A DNA stretch of 64,000 nt. Source: an uncultured Bacillota bacterium (lineage in GTDB: Bacteria > Bacillota_I > Bacilli_A > RF39 > UBA660). The stretch's first letter is position 1. Each line of letters opens with the position of its first letter. Of this stretch, positions 62,330-64,000 are shown one piece after another. Both the position numbers and the translations under genes were made by a program. The stretch covers positions 1,580-65,579 of the forward strand of contig CABUNR010000001.1 of the NCBI GenBank assembly GCA_902492995.1, read 5' to 3'. Under the pieces are notes generated by a model, which did no database searches, had not been told where the DNA came from, and worked only from the letters and a program-made list of their open reading frames with translations.

Positions 62330-63163
62330 ATGAAAGAAAAATTAACGCTTAAAGAAATACAAATTGAAGAGAAAAAAATTTTATTTGAAACAATCAATTT
62401 TTTAAATAAAAATAATATTTCATATTCACTATGTGGTGGAACTTTGTTGGGTGCAATAAGACACAAAGGATTCATTCCATGGGATGATGATATAGATATA
62501 TTTATTCCAAGACCTGATTATGATAAAATGCAGGAGCTATTTAAAAATAATAATATGATTTCAGAAAATATGTATGCATATTCCTATGAATTAAAGAATT
62601 TAAACCTTCCTTTTACAAAAATTTATAATCATAGTGTTTATTGCGATGATGGAATATTTTATGGAAAAAATGAAAAGTATCTGTGGATTGATATATTTCC
62701 TATTGATGGATTGCCAGAAGATGAAAAAGAATGTATTAAATTATATAAGAAAAAAGATAAATATAAAAAGATGATATTTTTAAGAAAACAAAAAACAGTT
62801 ACCTTATTTAATAATGATAATTCTTTGGTTCATAATTATTTAAGATGTTTAAAAAAATTTAGTACTTATTTTTTTCCAAAAAAATATTTTGTAAAGAAAA
62901 TAATTAATTTAACAAGAAAAAATTTATATGATGATTCAGAAAGTATAGGTGTACTTGTCTGGGGATATGGTCCACAAGAAAAAATGAAAAAAACTGATTT
63001 TATTTTAACTGACTACGATTTTGAAGATATAAAGGTAAAAGGATTAAAAAATTATGATAATTATTTAAAAAAATTATATAATAATTATATGGAATTACCA
63101 CCTGTAGAAAAGAGAATAACACATAATTTTGAAGCATGGATTAATAAAAATGAAAAAAATTAA
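62330..63163 (+). CDS. licD: LicD-family phosphotransferase (phosphocholine/polyol-phosphate transfer to glycans)
   Basis: 277 aa containing LCGGTLLGAIRHKGFIPWDDDIDIFIPR. Confidence 0.85.
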   Translation: MKEKLTLKEIQIEEKKILFETINFLNKNNISYSLCGGTLLGAIRHKGFIPWDDDIDIFIPRPDYDKMQELFKNNNMISENMYAYSYELKNLNLPFTKIYNHSVYCDDGIFYGKNEKYLWIDIFPIDGLPEDEKECIKLYKKKDKYKKMIFLRKQKTVTLFNNDNSLVHNYLRCLKKFSTYFFPKKYFVKKIINLTRKNLYDDSESIGVLVWGYGPQEKMKKTDFILTDYDFEDIKVKGLKNYDNYLKKLYNNYMELPPVEKRITHNFEAWINKNEKN

Positions 63164-64000
63164 AAATAATATAACTTTTTTAAATATATTTTCAAATCTT
63201 TTTTTGCAATTTGTTACAATAATTAGTGGATTTATTATTCCTCATACGGTATTAAATATTTTTGGCTCAGAAGTTAATGGCTTGGTTTCATCATTGACAC
63301 AATTTTTGAATTATATTAGCTTATTTGAAGGAGGCTTGGGGGGAGTAGTATTAGCAAATTTATATGGGCCATTGTATTCAAAAGATAAAAATAAAATAAG
63401 TTCAGTAGTAAAAACAACACAAAAATTTTATAACAAGTTATCACTCTATTTCATTTTTTATACAGTGATAATTGCCTTAATATATCCTTTAATAACAAAT
63501 AATAATTTTTCATATATATATATATTTACATTAACATTAATACTATCAATTACTTTATTTATACAATATAATTTTTCATTATCATATAAGCTTTTATTAC
63601 AGGCTGATAAAAAAGTTTATATAGTTTCATTTACCCAAAGCTTTTTAACAATAATAAATGTAATATTATTTACTGGAATTTCAAAAGTATTACCAAATAT
63701 TCATATTTTAAAATTAATATCCGCATCCATATTTATATTACAACCATTAATATTTAATTTTTATGTGAAAAAGCATTACTCTATAGATAGAAATGTTTCT
63801 ACGGATCCTAAATTATTAAAGAGTAGATGGGATGGTTTTGCAATTAATATTGCAGCTTTTATTCATAATAATACTGATATAACCGTATTGACAGTCTTTA
63901 CGAATTTAAAAATAGTTTCAGTTTATTCAATATATTCTTTATTCACAACAGGATTAAAAAAATTAATTCAATCCATTTCTTCAGCAATTGGTCCTAGTGT
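63150..64000 (+). CDS. wzx: polysaccharide flippase (Wzx, MOP superfamily), N-terminal part; continues beyond window
   Basis: ATG at 63150 overlaps the licD end. The frame is open to position 64000. MKKIKNNITFLNIFSNLFLQFVTIISGFIIPHTVLNIFGSEVNGL is a typical flippase N-terminus, followed by multiple TM segments. Confidence 0.75.
   Translation, partial: MKKIKNNITFLNIFSNLFLQFVTIISGFIIPHTVLNIFGSEVNGLVSSLTQFLNYISLFEGGLGGVVLANLYGPLYSKDKNKISSVVKTTQKFYNKLSLYFIFYTVIIALIYPLITNNNFSYIYIFTLTLILSITLFIQYNFSLSYKLLLQADKKVYIVSFTQSFLTIINVILFTGISKVLPNIHILKLISASIFILQPLIFNFYVKKHYSIDRNVSTDPKLLKSRWDGFAINIAAFIHNNTDITVLTVFTNLKIVSVYSIYSLFTTGLKKLIQSISSAIGPS

Overview
This window is the chromosomal replication-origin region of a very AT-rich (by eye roughly three-quarters A+T), endospore-forming Firmicute that uses the standard genetic code. 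The taxon looks Clostridia- or Erysipelotrichia-like. Genes diverge from a bipartite oriC at about 16.4-18.2 kb, and almost all of them are co-oriented with replication. Leftward on the minus strand: dnaA, dnaN, a ComK-family gene, recF, gyrB, gyrA, parS, a minimal SRP RNA, tadA, parS, dnaX, ybaB, recR, bofA, holB, yaaT, a yabB-like methyltransferase, rsmI, pth and mfd (partial). Rightward on the plus strand: rpmH, rnpA, yidC, jag, mnmE, mnmG, rsmG and noc. Next comes a small orphan-gene island containing a decayed duplicate of the uvrB 5' end, then uvrB, lgt, trxB, yvcK, whiA, rplI, dnaB, walJ-like, rlmH, spoIIR, fba, murA, rpmE, rpiB, spoIID, spoIIQ-like, spoIIID, mreB, tagO, typA, a divergent XRE pair, cotJ genes and tRNA-His. 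The window ends in a Wzx/Wzy-type polysaccharide locus that runs off the right edge. No CRISPR array, rRNA, transposase or integrase was seen. The most interesting observations are these. (1) The Noc orthologue lacks the N-terminal membrane-targeting segment and carries a ~330-residue linker built from 13 tandem 17-residue (51-bp) units. (2) The window holds a perfect and a near-perfect Noc-binding palindrome, one abutting the noc promoter, plus two perfect parS palindromes, yet no soj-spo0J at the usual position. (3) Three orphan genes and a fossil uvrB 5' duplication sit where soj-spo0J normally lies. (4) A ComK-family gene is embedded between dnaN and recF. (5) A spore-former carries an SRP RNA of only ~73 nt. 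All functional calls rest on by-eye motif and synteny recognition. No database search was run.
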